Assembly (NCBI GenBank): GCA_963829055.1
Contig: CAWHHI010000016.1
Coordinates: 384,001-448,000, forward strand
Source of the DNA: an uncultured Gemmatimonadaceae bacterium
Lineage (GTDB): Bacteria > Gemmatimonadota > Gemmatimonadetes > Gemmatimonadales > Gemmatimonadaceae
Length of the DNA stretch: 64,000 bases
Direction: 5' to 3'
Shown: positions 36,257-49,386 of the stretch, piece by piece
How positions within the stretch are numbered: the stretch's first letter is position 1
How the letters are laid out: every line of letters begins with the position of its first letter
Position numbers and translations under genes: made by a program
Notes under the pieces: model-generated
The model's database searches: none
Seen by the model: the letters and a program-made list of their open reading frames with translations, nothing else
What the model was told of the DNA's origin: nothing

Positions 36257-36510
36257 GCCTGCTCCACGTTGGCGATCTCGAAGTCTTCCGTCACCGGATT
36301 CGCGAGCAGCTTCGCGCACATGTCGCGGACGACGCGCTCCGCGGACTGCGCTTCGGGCGCGTCGGCGTCGATGACGAGATGGCGGCCGACACGCACGTCA
36401 CGCACGCCGTTGAATCCGAGCGAATGCAGCGCGTCGGCCACCGCCTTGCCCTGCGGGTCGAGCAGGCCGCGCCGGGGAACGATGTGAACGGCGACGCGAT
36501 ATCGACTCAT
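36253..36510 (-). CDS. purS: FGAM synthase subunit PurS
   Basis: [17 protein letters not shown]. Confidence 0.95.
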   Translation of the reverse strand: MSRYRVAVHIVPRRGLLDPQGKAVADALHSLGFNGVRDVRVGRHLVIDADAPEAQSAERVVRDMCAKLLANPVTEDFEIANVEQA

Positions 36511-37520
36511 GTTCGCGATCCTCGTGCTTGGGATTGGTGGGCAGGCGGATTCGGGACGATCGCCGCGGTGCCGGCGACGCCGACGCCGCCGTCGGTTCGT
36601 CGGCTCCTGACCGTCCGCTGCCTCTCCGTTGAGCGATGCGCCAGTCGGCAGCCCGCGGCCGCACTGCATCGCTCGTGTTCGGGGAGGTCGTCAGCGAGCG
36701 TTGGATCGACATCGGCTTCTTCCTCGAGGAATACCGACCGTCGGTCGGGAACATGATCGAGGAAGCCGAGAGCCGCCCACTTCACCGCACCGAACAGCAC
36801 GTAGGCTACCAATGCGGGAAAGATAAACTCGCGGGGAAGGAAGATGAGCCCGAGAATGCTGCCGACGACGATGCGACGTGCCCACGATCTGGCGCGTCGA
36901 CCGGTAGCCGATCGTCGGCACGGCCGGATACGGCACGTCGCTGATCATGAGGTACGCGAGGCCCACCATGAGCCAGCGCAGAATCGTGTGCCAGGGCAGC
37001 TCGGCGAGCGTGCGGTTGTCGGTGAAGAAGATGACGGTGTCGTTGTACAGCGACGTCTGGCTGAACCAGTAGTACGTCGCGAGCGTCATCCCGGCGGCGG
37101 GACTCGGCAGCCCGTGGAAGTGCGTCTTCGCCCGACCAGCCTGCTCGACGTTGAACCGCGCGAGACGAATCACCGCGCACGACGCGAAGATGAAGACGTA
37201 GATCCAGTCGTTGCCGTCGGTCTTGAGCGCGGCGAAGAACATGATGAGCGCCGGGCGCGAGCCCGAACGAGATGGCATCGACGAGGGAGTCGAGCTCCTC
37301 GCCGAACCGACTGCCGGTGCCCGTCGCACGCGCGATGCGACCGTCGAGCGAGTCGGCGACGCCGCCGAGCACGATGAAGAACGCCGCGGTGCCGAAGCGG
37401 CCACGCGACGCCAGCACCACGGCGTAGATACCGCAGAACAGATTGAACAGCGTGAAGCCGTTAGGCAGCAGCACGACCGCCCGCCGGACTTCGGGCCGGC
37501 GAAAGCGCGCGCGCGTTCAT
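36507..37520 (-). CDS. pssA: CDP-diacylglycerol--serine O-phosphatidyltransferase (frameshifted)
   Basis: LPNGFT..N, DSLDGRIAR..G..LDSLVD CDP-alcohol motif, RLARFN, GLPSP; 3' end approximate. Confidence 0.9.
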
Positions 37521-38172
37521 TTCGCTGGCAGCTCCGCGAGGACGGTTGTGCCGGCGACGGTGAGCTGTCGCCGACCTTGACGCGCACCTTGGACGCCGGC
37601 GGGACGAACACGTCGACGCGCGATCCGAACCGGATGATGCCCATCCGCTCGCCCTGCTCGACGCGTTCGCCCTCACGGCTGTAGGTGTGAATGCGCCGCG
37701 CGATGAGGCCGGCGATCTGACGCACGAGAATGCGCGCCCGCCCGCCTCGAGCCCGACCGACGTCTGCTCGTTCTCGAGACTCGATTCCTCGGCGGCGGCG
37801 TTGAGGAACTTGCCCGGGTTCCGGTGGACGTACTTCACGGTGCCCGACACCGGATACCGGTTCACGTGGACGTTGAAGACGTTCATGAAGATCGACACCC
37901 GCATCGCGCGACCGTGCACGAACGTCGGCTCGTCGACTTCCGTGATCATGACGACCTTGCCGTCGGCCGGCGCGATGATCAGCTGGTCGCCGCGCGCGCC
38001 GGTGCGCTCGGGGTCGCGGAAGAAGTACGCGACCCACAGCGCGACGAGCGTGAGCGACGAACGCGAGCAGCCACAGCGGCCACGAGCGGCGCGTGAGGGC
38101 AGCCGCGTACGCGGCCGCGGCGATCAGCGCCGCGACGATGATGAACGCGAGACCTTCGCGGGCGAAATTCAT
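37517..38172 (-). CDS. psd: phosphatidylserine decarboxylase proenzyme (frameshifted)
   Basis: [39 protein letters not shown]. Confidence 0.93.
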
Positions 38173-39099
38173 GAGAGGTCAGCGATGTTCAGGTCGCTGC
38201 CCGTGATGCGCCGGAATGCGTCGAGATACCGCGTGCTCGTCGCGTTCACGACGGCCTCCGGCAGCGGTGGCGGCGGATAGTCTGCCCGACCACCGGCCGG
38301 CGACGTCGCTCGCGCGTCGAGGTAGTCGCGCAGCGGCTGCTTGTCGAAGCTCGGCTGCGACCGGCCCGGCGCGTACTCGTTCGCCGGCCAGAAGCGCGAG
38401 CTGTCCGGCGTGAGCACTTCGTCGACGATGATGATGCGCCCGTCGCGCACGCCGAACTCGAACTTCGTGTCGGCGATGATGATGCCGCGCGGCTCGGCAA
38501 TCACTCGGCCGCGCGCGTAGACCGTGCGGGTCAGCCGCTCGAGCTCGTCGGCGCCGCGTCCGCACCGACGATCGCCGCGCCATGCGCTCGATCGTGATGT
38601 TTTCGTCGTGCCCGGTCTCCGCCTTCGTCGCGGGGCTGAAGATCGGCGGCTCGAGCCGGTCGCTCTCCCGGAGGCCGGCCGGCAACGCCTCACCGGCCAG
38701 CGTGCCGTGCGCGCGGTATTCCTTCCACGCCGAGCCGGCGATGTAGCCGCGGATCACGCACTCGACGGGAAACACGTCGGCGCGCCACGCGAGCATCGCG
38801 CGGCCGCGCAGCAGGTCGCGGTGCACGTCGAGCGCCGGAACCTCCCGCACGATCTCGTCGACATCGGCCGAGATCATGTGGTGCGGCACGTCGGCTTCCA
38901 GCTGCCGAAGCCACCACGCCGTGAGCTGCGTGAGCACCGCACCTTTGTACGGAACCGTCTCGCGCATCACGACGTCGAACGCGCTCACGCGATCGGTCGC
39001 CACCACCAGCAGGCGATCCGCATCGACTTCATAGACGTCGCGGACCTTGCCGCGCCGCAGCACGCTGAGCGGGAGCGTGGTCGTCGCGACGCCGGTCAT
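38169..39099 (-). CDS. purC: SAICAR synthase (frameshifted)
   Basis: [46 protein letters not shown]. Confidence 0.95.
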
Positions 39100-40560
39100 A
39101 CGCGCACCTCGGCCACGTCCCGCAGGTCCACCGCGGGCGTGCCCGCGAGCAGCGGATCCACGATCTCGTCGAGGAACTCGTCGACCTGCTCGGCGGCGCG
39201 ACCGATGAACCGCGTCGGGTCCAGCGCGTCGCGCAGGTCGTCCGATCGGCACGCCGTACTCGGGGTCGCCGGCCAGGCGTTCGAGCATGTCGTTTCGCTT
39301 GTCCGTCGTCCTTCATGGCGCGGGCAGCCGCGACGCTGTGACGGCGAATCACTTCGTGTGCCGCCTGACGGTCGCCGCCCGCGCGCACCGCGCGCACGAT
39401 CAGGTCCTCCGTCGCCATGAACGGCAGCTCGTCGCGCGACGCGCTGGCGGATGCGCGCCGGATGCACCTCCAGGCCGCTCGCGATGTTCACCATGAGAAT
39501 CAGAATGGCGTCGGTCGGCGAGGAACGACTCGGGAATCACCAGCCGCCGGTTCGCGCTGTCGTCGAGCGTCCGCTCGAAGTACTGCACGCCGTGCGTCTG
39601 ATTGGCGTTAGGCTCGAGCGACCCGACGAACCGCGCGAGCGACGCGATGCGCTCGGCGCGCATCGGGTTGCGCTTGTACGCCATCGCCGACGATCCGATC
39701 TGCTCGGACTCGAACGGCTCCTCGATCTCGCCGAACGCCTGCAGCATGCGGATGTCGCTGCCGAACTTCGCCGCGCGACGCCGCGACGCCGGCGACGACG
39801 CCGAGCACCTGCGCGTCGAGCTTCCGCGTGTACGTCTGTCCGGTGACGGCGAGCGAGTGCGTGAAGTCCATCGCCGCGGTCACGCGACGGTCGAGCTCGC
39901 GGACCCGCTCGTGGTCGCCGTCGAACAGCTGGAGGAAGCTCGCCTGCGTCCCGGTCGTCCCCTTCACGCCGCGAAACGGCAGCGTCGCGCGGCGGTAGTC
40001 GAGGTCCATCGAGGTCGAGCACGAGATCCTGCATCCAGAGCGTCGCGCGCTTGCCGACGGTCGTGAGCTGCGCCGGCTGGAGATGCGTGTAGCCTAGCGT
40101 CGGCTCGTCCCGCCACTCGCGCGCGAACGCCGCGAGCGCGCGCAAGCGCGGTGATCAACCGCCCGCGCAGCAGATCGAGCCCGCGGCGCATGAGGATCAG
40201 GTCGGCGTTGTCGGTGACGAACGCGCTGGTCGCTCCGAGGTGGATGAACGGCTTCGCCGCCGGCGCCACGTCGCCGAACGCGTGGACGTGCGCCATGACG
40301 TCGTGACGGAACCGCCGCTCGTAGGCGGCGACCGCCGTCGAAGTCGATGTCGTCGAGATGCGCCCGCATCTGCGCGATCGCCTCGTCGGGAATCGGAACG
40401 CCGAGCGCCTGCTCGGATTCGGCGAGCGCGAGCCAGAGCTGGCGCCAGAGGCCGTAGCGCGTCGCGGCGGACCAGAGCCGTAGCATCTCGGCGCGACGCG
40501 TAACGCTCGGCGAGCGGGGAGCTGTATTGCGTGAGCCGTTGATCGATCGATGGTCGTCAC
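39096..40560 (-). CDS. purB: adenylosuccinate lyase (frameshifted)
   Basis: [42 protein letters not shown]. Confidence 0.94.
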
Positions 40561-41977
40561 TGAATCACGACGTCGTGTGTAGTAGACTGCGTCCGCCGCG
40601 CTCGTAGACGACGCGCATGGCCGAGCGGCCGGCGTACGTGTCGAGCGCGCTTCTGCACGTCGCCGGCGGACGCGATCGGCATACGGTTGATCTGCACGAT
40701 GACATCGCCCCGCTGAATCCCAATGTCGTTCGAGACGCGGTCGCTGACGTTGTAGACGACTGCGCCACTGCGGCGACCGAATGCCGCGTTCGGCGCGAAT
40801 GGCCGGTGTGAGCGTCACGAGCTCGAGCTCCTGCAGCACCGCGACCTTCGGCGCGCTCACCTCCGGCAGGTCCGCGACCTCGACGTTGACCGTCTGATTC
40901 TCGGCCACCGCGGCGGATGACCATCGGCACGCGATCGCCGACCCGGAGGTCGAGTCGTTCCGCTTCCCAATCGAATGCGTTCTTGAGCGTGCGCGTTCCG
41001 GCTCGCACGAGTCTGATCTCCCGGCTGAATGCCGGCACGCGCCGCAGGCGATCCAGGCACGACCGCGCTGACGATGACACCGGCGTTCAGCGCATCGCGC
41101 GGATTGTTCGCCGCTAGGCGGCTGCGACCTTGATGCCGATCCACGGCTGTCGCAGCCGCCCGTGCGCGACGAGATCCTCGGTCACGCGCTTCGCGCGATT
41201 GATCGGGATCGCGAACCCGAGACCCGACCGAGCCGCCGCTCGGTGAGTAGATCGATGCGTTGACGCCGATGACGACGCCGTCGGCGTTCACCAGCGGCCC
41301 GCCCGAGTTGCCCGGGTTGATCGACGCGTCCGTCTGGATCATGTCGACGTACGCGCCGCCGCCCTCGGCCTGGCCGATCAGGTTGCGCCCGGTCGCGCTG
41401 ATCACGCCGGCGGTCACGCTCGGCTCGGTGTTGCCAAGCAGGAACCCGTACGGGTTGCCGATCGCGATCGCCCACTCGCCGATGATGATGTCGTCCGAGT
41501 TGCCGAGCGGAGCGACGGGCAGGTTGCTTCGCGTCGATCTTCAGCACGGCGAGGTCGTTCTGCTCGTCGACGCCGAGCACCTTGGCCGGGAACGTCTTGC
41601 CGTCGCGCATGGCGACCGAGACTCGCGTCGCGCCGGCCACGACGTGCGCGTTCGTGACGATCGTTCCGTTTGGGTCCGTAATGAAACCCGATCCGAGTCC
41701 CGCACCGACGCGTTCACCCGACTGACGCCCGTGATCCAGTCGAACGGATCGACGGGGACTCGCTCGACGACCTCGGTCTGAACGGTGACGACGGCCGGTG
41801 CGACGCGAGCGACCGCTTCGGTGATCGCGGTTCGGCGTGACGCGGAAACGGACTGCGGCGCGGTCGCCGGTGACTTCGGGATCGTTGCGCGAGCTGAATC
41901 GGCCGGGCTCGCTCCTCGCACATCCAGTCGACAACGCGGCGGCGAGCGCCAGCGACGGTGAAGTGCTTCGCGAACAT
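40557..41977 (-). CDS. HtrA/DegP-family serine protease with PDZ domains (frameshifted)
   Basis: [39 protein letters not shown]. Confidence 0.92.
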
Positions 41978-42641
41978 TACTTGACTCTCGTGCGATGAGT
42001 TCGGCTGAGATCGGTGAGGAACTGATCGAGTCCCTCGATCTGTCAGCGGATGCAAGAGCAGGGCGCGCAGCACGTCACTCGACACGGCGATGGCGTCAGC
42101 ACCGGCGAGTGCACAGCCGGTGAACTGCGCCGCGTTGCGCGGCAGCGCGGCGAGTACGTCGCACTCCACGCCGTGCATCTCGAACACCTGATGGATCTCG
42201 GCGATCGTGTTCGACGCCGTCCTGACCCTGCGCGTCGATCTGATCGAGGTGGACGCACACCATGCCGGCACCCGCCTTCGCGGCGAGCATCGCCTGCGCC
42301 GCGTTGAACACGAGCGTCGCCGCGACGCGCACGCCCTCGGAGCGCAGCCGCTTCATCGCGTCGATCGCGTCTTCGACGAACGGGATCTGCACGATCACCG
42401 AATCGGACAGCTTCGCGAGCTCGCGCGCGTCGCGGTAGATGTCGTTCGCATTCACCGCGCCGACCGTCACGGCGACGGGGAACGTCGCCACGCGGCAGAT
42501 GTCGGCGAGCAGGTCGTTCGCGCCCGCGGGGTGAACCTGTGCCGTCAGCAATGACGGCGTCGTGAGGACGCCGTCAACGAGTCCGTGGCTGTGGGCCCAC
42601 CGAATGTCGTCGAGCTTTGCGGTCGCGATGAAGATTCTCAT
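41977..42641 (-). CDS. transaldolase/FSA-fold protein lacking canonical catalytic residues
   Basis: MRIFIAT..DGVLTTPSL..VIVQIP..TLVFNAAQAMLAAKAGA..HPLTDRG follows the TalC/FSA pattern; frameshifts near the C-terminus. Confidence 0.85.
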
Positions 42642-43417
42642 TCGGCTGGCAGATACAGGTCGGGAGGGTACGTCACGCGATCGAGAAAGAGGCCGTGCGG
42701 CGGCGCGGGCGGTGACACGTCGTCGTTCGCGCCTGCGGCGAGGAGCCGATTCGACGACATCCTGCTCACGACGACCCGAGCTGACCTCGAGCAGCGTGCC
42801 AACGAGAAAGCGCACCATGTGGTGAAGAAAGCGATTCGCCTCGATCTCGAAGACGAGGCCGCCCGCGCGGTCTCGCCAGTTGGCCGAATGCACGATGCAG
42901 CGATGGTCATCGCGTGTCCGGCGCGGTGCCGCGGACCGCGAACGCGACGAAGCAATGGTCGCCGACGATGATACGCGTCGCGCGATCGAGCAGGGCGCGG
43001 TCGAGCGCGCGTGAGTACGGCCACTCGATGTGGCGGCGAAACGGCGAGCGGGCCTCTTCGTCAGTTCCAACGTAGTAGCTGTATCGGCGGGCGAGGGCGC
43101 TGTAGCGCGCGTGGAATTCGGGCCGCATGTCGTGCGCCGCGGCGACCCAAATGTCGCGCGGCAACAGTGCGTTCAGTGCGCGTCTCAAGTTCGCGGCGGA
43201 CCATCGTTCGCTCACCCGAACACCGACTGCCTGGCCGCGTGCGTGCACGCCCGGCATCGGTCCGACCCGCACCAAGAGCCGCGACGTGACCGCCTGTGAG
43301 GCGCGTCAACACCCGCTCCAGCTCGCCCTGCACGGTGCGCTCGTTCGGCTGACGCTGCCAACCCGCGAAGGCAGAGCCGTCGTAGTGCAGCACGAGCTGC
43401 ACGGTGCGCACTGTCAT
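42638..43417 (-). CDS. truA: tRNA pseudouridine(38-40) synthase (frameshifted)
   Basis: YDGSAFAGWQRQ, AGRTDAG, FHARYSA, ANRFLHHMVR, APPHGLFL. Confidence 0.95.
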
Positions 43418-43424
43418 CGCTCGG

Positions 43425-43452
43425 AAACTAGCCCGACCCACCCCTCTGTCAA
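43425..43452 (-). promoter_or_regulatory. truA promoter (leaderless geometry)
   Basis: TTGACA-N16-TAGTTT, 7 nt before ATG. Confidence 0.65.
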
Positions 43453-43568
43453 GCAAATGGACGGGCGTCGAGCCGAAGGGCGGAAGCGATTGACTTTGCG
43501 AGACGTACGCCTCAACATTCGCGTCGCCGATCGAAGCGAATTCGCGCCCGCCGACGGCCTCCCACTTC

Positions 43569-44885
43569 ATGTCTTCGCGGAACCTTCCCTCGCTCGCGCA
43601 CGCCCTGAGCGTCGCGCCCGACTACGATGCTGCCCTGGTCGCACTCGGCGAAGGTCTCGCCGACGTCGACCGCACCGCACACCTCGGGCTGCTTCGCTAC
43701 GACGCGCGCCGGGAGATGCTGCGCGAGCGCCTGACGCCGCAACGGCGGGCGAGTCACGAAGACGCCAGTCGAGACGACGTTCGACCATCTGCCGGCGACC
43801 GATCCGCATGCAGGTCGCAGCCGGCGGGCAGTTCGTCGACCTCGGCGACCGATCGGCGGAGTACGCGCGCATGTTCAGCTTTCCGCCGTTCCCCGACGGC
43901 GGGATTCTGTCGCTGCGCGGCGTCCACGTCGACGGCTGTCTCGCGGCGGTCGTCGCGCTGTACGAGCAGAAGAAGATGTTCGGCACGCGGTCCGTCGAAC
44001 GCTTCGCGCCATTCGTCGCGTTGTTCGAGCTCGGGTACGCGCGGCTGGCCGAGCGCGAGGCGCGCGACGAGGCGGTGCGCACGCTCGAGGACGTCACGCA
44101 GCGCGTCCACGGCGAGTACGTGCGTCGGCTCGCGGAGCTCGAGCACGAGCTCATTCGCGCAAGGGACGAAGCCCGAGCGCCGACGAGCGATGAGGTGTCC
44201 GCTCGCATCGTCGCGCTCGAGCGCGAGGTCGCGAAGGCGAACGAGCAGGCGCGCAAGGCGAAGCGCCACTCCGATGAGATCGAAGGACACGTCACCGCCG
44301 CCGTGAGCCAGCTCGAGCAGGCGCACGTCGAGCTGCATCGACGCAGCGAGTCGCTTCGCCAGCGGACGCGAACGCTCTATCTCATCGAGCGCGTGCTCAA
44401 GCTCGACGCGACCGTCGCGGACCCCAGGCAGCTCGTCGACGGTCTGCTCGCACTCGTCGGCGACGACATGCAGGCGCAGCGCTGCTCGCTCATGCTCGTC
44501 GCCCCGGAGCCCGGGTACATCTTCCTGGCTGCGTCGCGCGGCCTCGCGCCGTTCATCGCCGAGGGCTCACGGATCAGGATCGGGCAGGGCGTCGCCGGCC
44601 GCGTCGCGCAGGCGCGCGAGCCGCTGCTCGTGCAGGACGTCAGGCAGGCGACGTCGCACCCGCTGCTGCTCGACCAGCATTTCACGACCGGCTCGTTCAT
44701 CAGCTTTCCGCTGGTCTATCAGGGTGAGCTGGTCGGCGTCGTGAACCTGACGAATCGCGCGCAGTACGGCGTGTTCGTGGACGAGGACCTCGAGCGTGTG
44801 CAGGCTCCTGGCGCTCGTCATCGCGCTCGTCGCCACGAACGCGTCGCTCGCGACGCGGCTCGTCGAGTCGATCGGCGCGCGTTAG
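43569..44885 (+). CDS. coiled-coil/GAF domain protein with no recognisable output domain (frameshifted)
   Basis: Long heptad coil then GAF (CSLML..GQGVAGRVAQ..SFISFPL..GVVNLTN). Confidence 0.8.
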
Positions 44886-44896
44886 GCGTACGCCGA

Positions 44897-45961
44897 GTGA
44901 CCGGCCCTGCCGCATCCGCACTCGCGACCGCGCTCCAGGCGGCGATCAAGCGCATCGCGTTCGGCGATTCGCTCGACGCGGAGCTGGCGACCGAGGCGTT
45001 CGGTATCATCATGCGCGGCGAGGCGACCGCCGCGCAGATCGCCGCGCTGCTCATCGGCCTTCGCGTGAAGGGCGAGACAGCCGACGAGGTCACCGGGCGC
45101 AGCCCGCGCCCTGCGCGGGGCCATGGTTCGTCTGCCGGTGGCGACGACGGACGATCTCGTCGATACGTGCGGTACCGGTGGCGGCGCCGTGCCGACGTTC
45201 AACATCTCGACCGCAGCGGCGCTGCTCGCGGCCGGCGCCGGCGTTCGGATCGCGAAGCATGGCAATCGGTCGTTCACGACCCAGTGCGGCAGCGCGGACG
45301 TTCTGGAGCAGCTCGGGGTGACGCTCGAGGCGCCGCGTGGAAGTCGCGGCACGCGCGCTCGACGAAGCCGGGCATCACGTTCATGTTCGCGCCCGCGATG
45401 CACCCGGCCATGCGACACGTCGGGCCCAGTCCGTCGTGAGCTTGGGATTCCAACCGTGATGAACATTGTCGGACCGCTGGCGAATCCCGCGGGCGCGGCC
45501 CGCCAGGTCGTCGGCGTGGCCGAGCGGGGCAGGATGCCGCTGCTCGCCGGCGCGCTCGCGGCGCTAGGCGCGGCACACGCGCTCGTCGTGCACGGCGAGC
45601 CCGGGATGGACGAGATCTCGCCGATCGGCCCAACGCACGTCGCCGAGGTGCGCGACGGCGCGGTGACGGAGTGGACGATCGACCCGGCGGACTACGGGTT
45701 CTCCGAGATTCGCGCGTCGCGAGCTGGCGGCGGCAGGTCCGGCGGACAACGCGCGCACGATCATCGATGTGCTGGCAGGGAAAGGGACACGCCGGCAGCG
45801 CAGGGCGGCGGTGGTGCTCAACGCGGCCGGCGCGCTCTACGTCGCGCCGGGAAGTCGCTCGTTCGCCGAGTGCGTCGCCGCGGCGACGCGAGGCGCTCGC
45901 GAGCGGGGCGGGGACGGCGGCGCTCGACCGGATGCGCGCGCGCGCTACATCGACCCGCTGA
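44897..45961 (+). CDS. trpD: anthranilate phosphoribosyltransferase (frameshifted)
   Basis: KGET, DTCGTGG, FNIST, AKHGNRS, GSADVLE, GPLANP, GMDE. Confidence 0.95.
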
Positions 45962-45975
45962 TCGGCAGCGGAGCT

Positions 45976-46587
45976 CTAGTACCGCCGCAGCACGCCGACG
46001 ACGACGCCCTGAATGCTGATGTCGTTCTCGTGGACGTAGATCGGCGCCATGGTCTCGTTCGCCGGCTGCAGGCGAATCCGCCCATCCCGCTCGCGGTAGA
46101 ATTTCTTCACCGTGGCCGAATTCCCGCTGCAGCATCGCGATGACCATCTCGCCGTTGTCGGCTCGCTGACGCTCGTTCACGACGACGAAGTCGCCGTCGC
46201 GGATCTGCTCGTCGATCATCGAGTTTCCGCGCACGCGCAGCACGTAGTGGTTGCCCGTGCGCCGCACGAAATCGTCCGGCACCGCCACGCTCTCGTTCGC
46301 CGTCATCGCCTCGATCGGGATAGCCCGCGGCGACGCATGCCGAGCAGCGGCAGCTCGACCGCGCGCTGGAAAATCTCCGAGGGCAGGATCTCGATCGCGC
46401 GGCTCTCGTTGTAGCTCCGCTTGATGTAGCCCTTTCGCTCGAGGTTGCTCAGGTGCTCGTGCACCGTCGCGAGCGAGTTATAGTTGAAGTGCGACGCGAT
46501 CTCCTCGAAGCTGGGCGCGTAGCCACGCTCCTCGGCGTACGACGACAGGTAGTTCAGGATTTCGCGTTGACGTTTGGTGAGCGGCAT
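45976..46587 (-). CDS. lexA: LexA repressor (frameshifted)
   Basis: [39 protein letters not shown] cleavage site; GNSM serine; TVKKF lysine. Confidence 0.95.
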
Positions 46588-46624
46588 AGTGGTTCCCCGC
46601 AGGTTGAGCCGACGGCCGCTGTTC

Positions 46625-46674
46625 CCGAACAACAGCCGAAGAGTACGATATCCGAACAAGGGCCCGAAGTGCAA
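46625..46674 (-). promoter_or_regulatory. lexA promoter overlapped by two candidate operators
   Basis: TTGCAC(46674-46669)-N18-TATCGT(46650-46645); CCGAAC-N5/6-CCGAAG at 46625-46641 and 46652-46669. Confidence 0.7.
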
Positions 46675-47498
46675 GCAAATCGTTCGTGGACCCCTCCGAT
46701 CGGTCCGCTTGGCCGGCTTTCGGCCGCCGCCGCCGTCCGCGCCGCGGCCCTGGACGCTCGAGACGGTCGGCGAGCTGGAACCGCTGGCGCAGGACGTTCC
46801 CGCCGGCAGCGGCTTCGCGGCTGCGCTCCGCGCGCTGACGTCGCGGTCATCGCCGAGGTGAAGCGTCGGTCGCCGTCCAAGGGCGTGATCAACGCGTCGA
46901 TCGACGCGGCGGCACAGGCCTCGGCGTATGCGCGTGGCGGGGCCGCGGCGCTCTCGATCCTCACCGAGCCAGACGGAATTCGGCGGATCGCGTCAGGACC
47001 TTGCGCGACGCGCGAGCGGCCACGACGCTGCCGACGCTCAAGAAGGACTTTCACGTCCACCCGATGCAGGTGCTCGAAGCCCGCGCGGCCGGCGCGTCGG
47101 CGCTGCTGCTCATCGCGCGCGCGCTTCCGCCGGACGACCTCCGCGACGATGGCCGACCGGGCATCGGAGCTGGGGCTCGAGGTGCTCGTCGAAGTGCGGA
47201 GCGAGGCGGAGCTCGAGGACGCGCTCGCGATCGACGACGCGGTCATCGGCGTGAACAGCCGAGATCTCGAGACGCTCGTCATCGATCCCGCCGTGACGAC
47301 GCGTCTCATCGCGCTGATCCCGCGCCGATCGGATCGCGATCGCGGAGAGCGGCGTGAGCACGCGGCTGGACGTCGAGCGCGTGGCGCAGCGCCGGTGCCG
47401 ACGCCGTGCTCGTCGGCTCGAGCATCTCGGCCTCGCCCGACCCGACGGCGGCCGTCGCGGCACTGACCGGCGTGACGCGGAGACGCCGTGGCGGTTGA
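46669..47498 (+). CDS. trpC: indole-3-glycerol phosphate synthase (frameshifted)
   Basis: IAEVKRRSPSKG, SILTE, KKDF, LVEV, GVNSRDL, AESG. Confidence 0.93.
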
Positions 47499-48159
47499 GA
47501 TCAAGTTCTGCGGGCTGACGCGCGCAGACGGACGCGGCAGTTCGCCGCGTCGTTAGGCGCCGTCTACGTCGGCGTCATTTTCGCCGAGAGTCCGCGCCGC
47601 GTCGACCCGGGGCACGCGACCGCGGTGCTCGCCCGGCGTCGCGAGAGCGGGCAAGCACCGTCGGCGTGTTCGGTCCGGCGACCGTCGAGACCGATCGCGA
47701 CGATCGCCGCCGAGGCGGCACTCGACGTCGTGCAGCTTCACGGCGACCCGTCGCCGGGCGATCGTGGAGCGCATGCGACCGTTCTTCGGCGGCGAGGTCT
47801 GGGCCGTGGTCCGCATCGCCGGCGCGGAGCTGCCGGACGGACGCCGCGCGCGCTCCTCGCCGTGGCCGACGCCGTCGTGCTCGATGCGAAGGTGGCCGGG
47901 CGCAGCTCGGCGGCACGGGCACGGCGTTCGACTGGGACGGCGATCGCGCGAACACTCGACCGCGCAACGCGTTCGCGCGCGCGTCGTGCTCGCGGGCGGG
48001 TTGAATCCGGAGAACGTCGCACACGCCGTACGCATCGTCGCTCCCGACGTCGTCGATGTATCATCCGGCGTCGAGAGCGCACCCGGAATCAAGGACCACG
48101 CACGGATGCGCGCCTTCCGCGACGCCGTGCGACGACGAGGAGAGACGCTGAGTGAGTGA
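47488..48159 (+). CDS. trpF: phosphoribosylanthranilate isomerase (frameshifted)
   Basis: [41 protein letters not shown]. Confidence 0.93.
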
Positions 48160-48160
48160 C

Positions 48161-49382
<1,222 letters not shown>

Positions 49383-49386
<4 letters not shown>

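Noticed and set aside
42096..43070. Apparent TruA-transaldolase fusion
   Set aside because: Frameshift artefact. The TruA C-terminus ends at TGA 42638, overlapping the next ATG.
43127..45439. 770-aa ORF suggesting a GAF-TrpD fusion
   Set aside because: It is produced by an indel near 44805. The natural GAF C-terminus (..LVESIGAR*) ends at 44885 and trpD has its own GTG at 44897.
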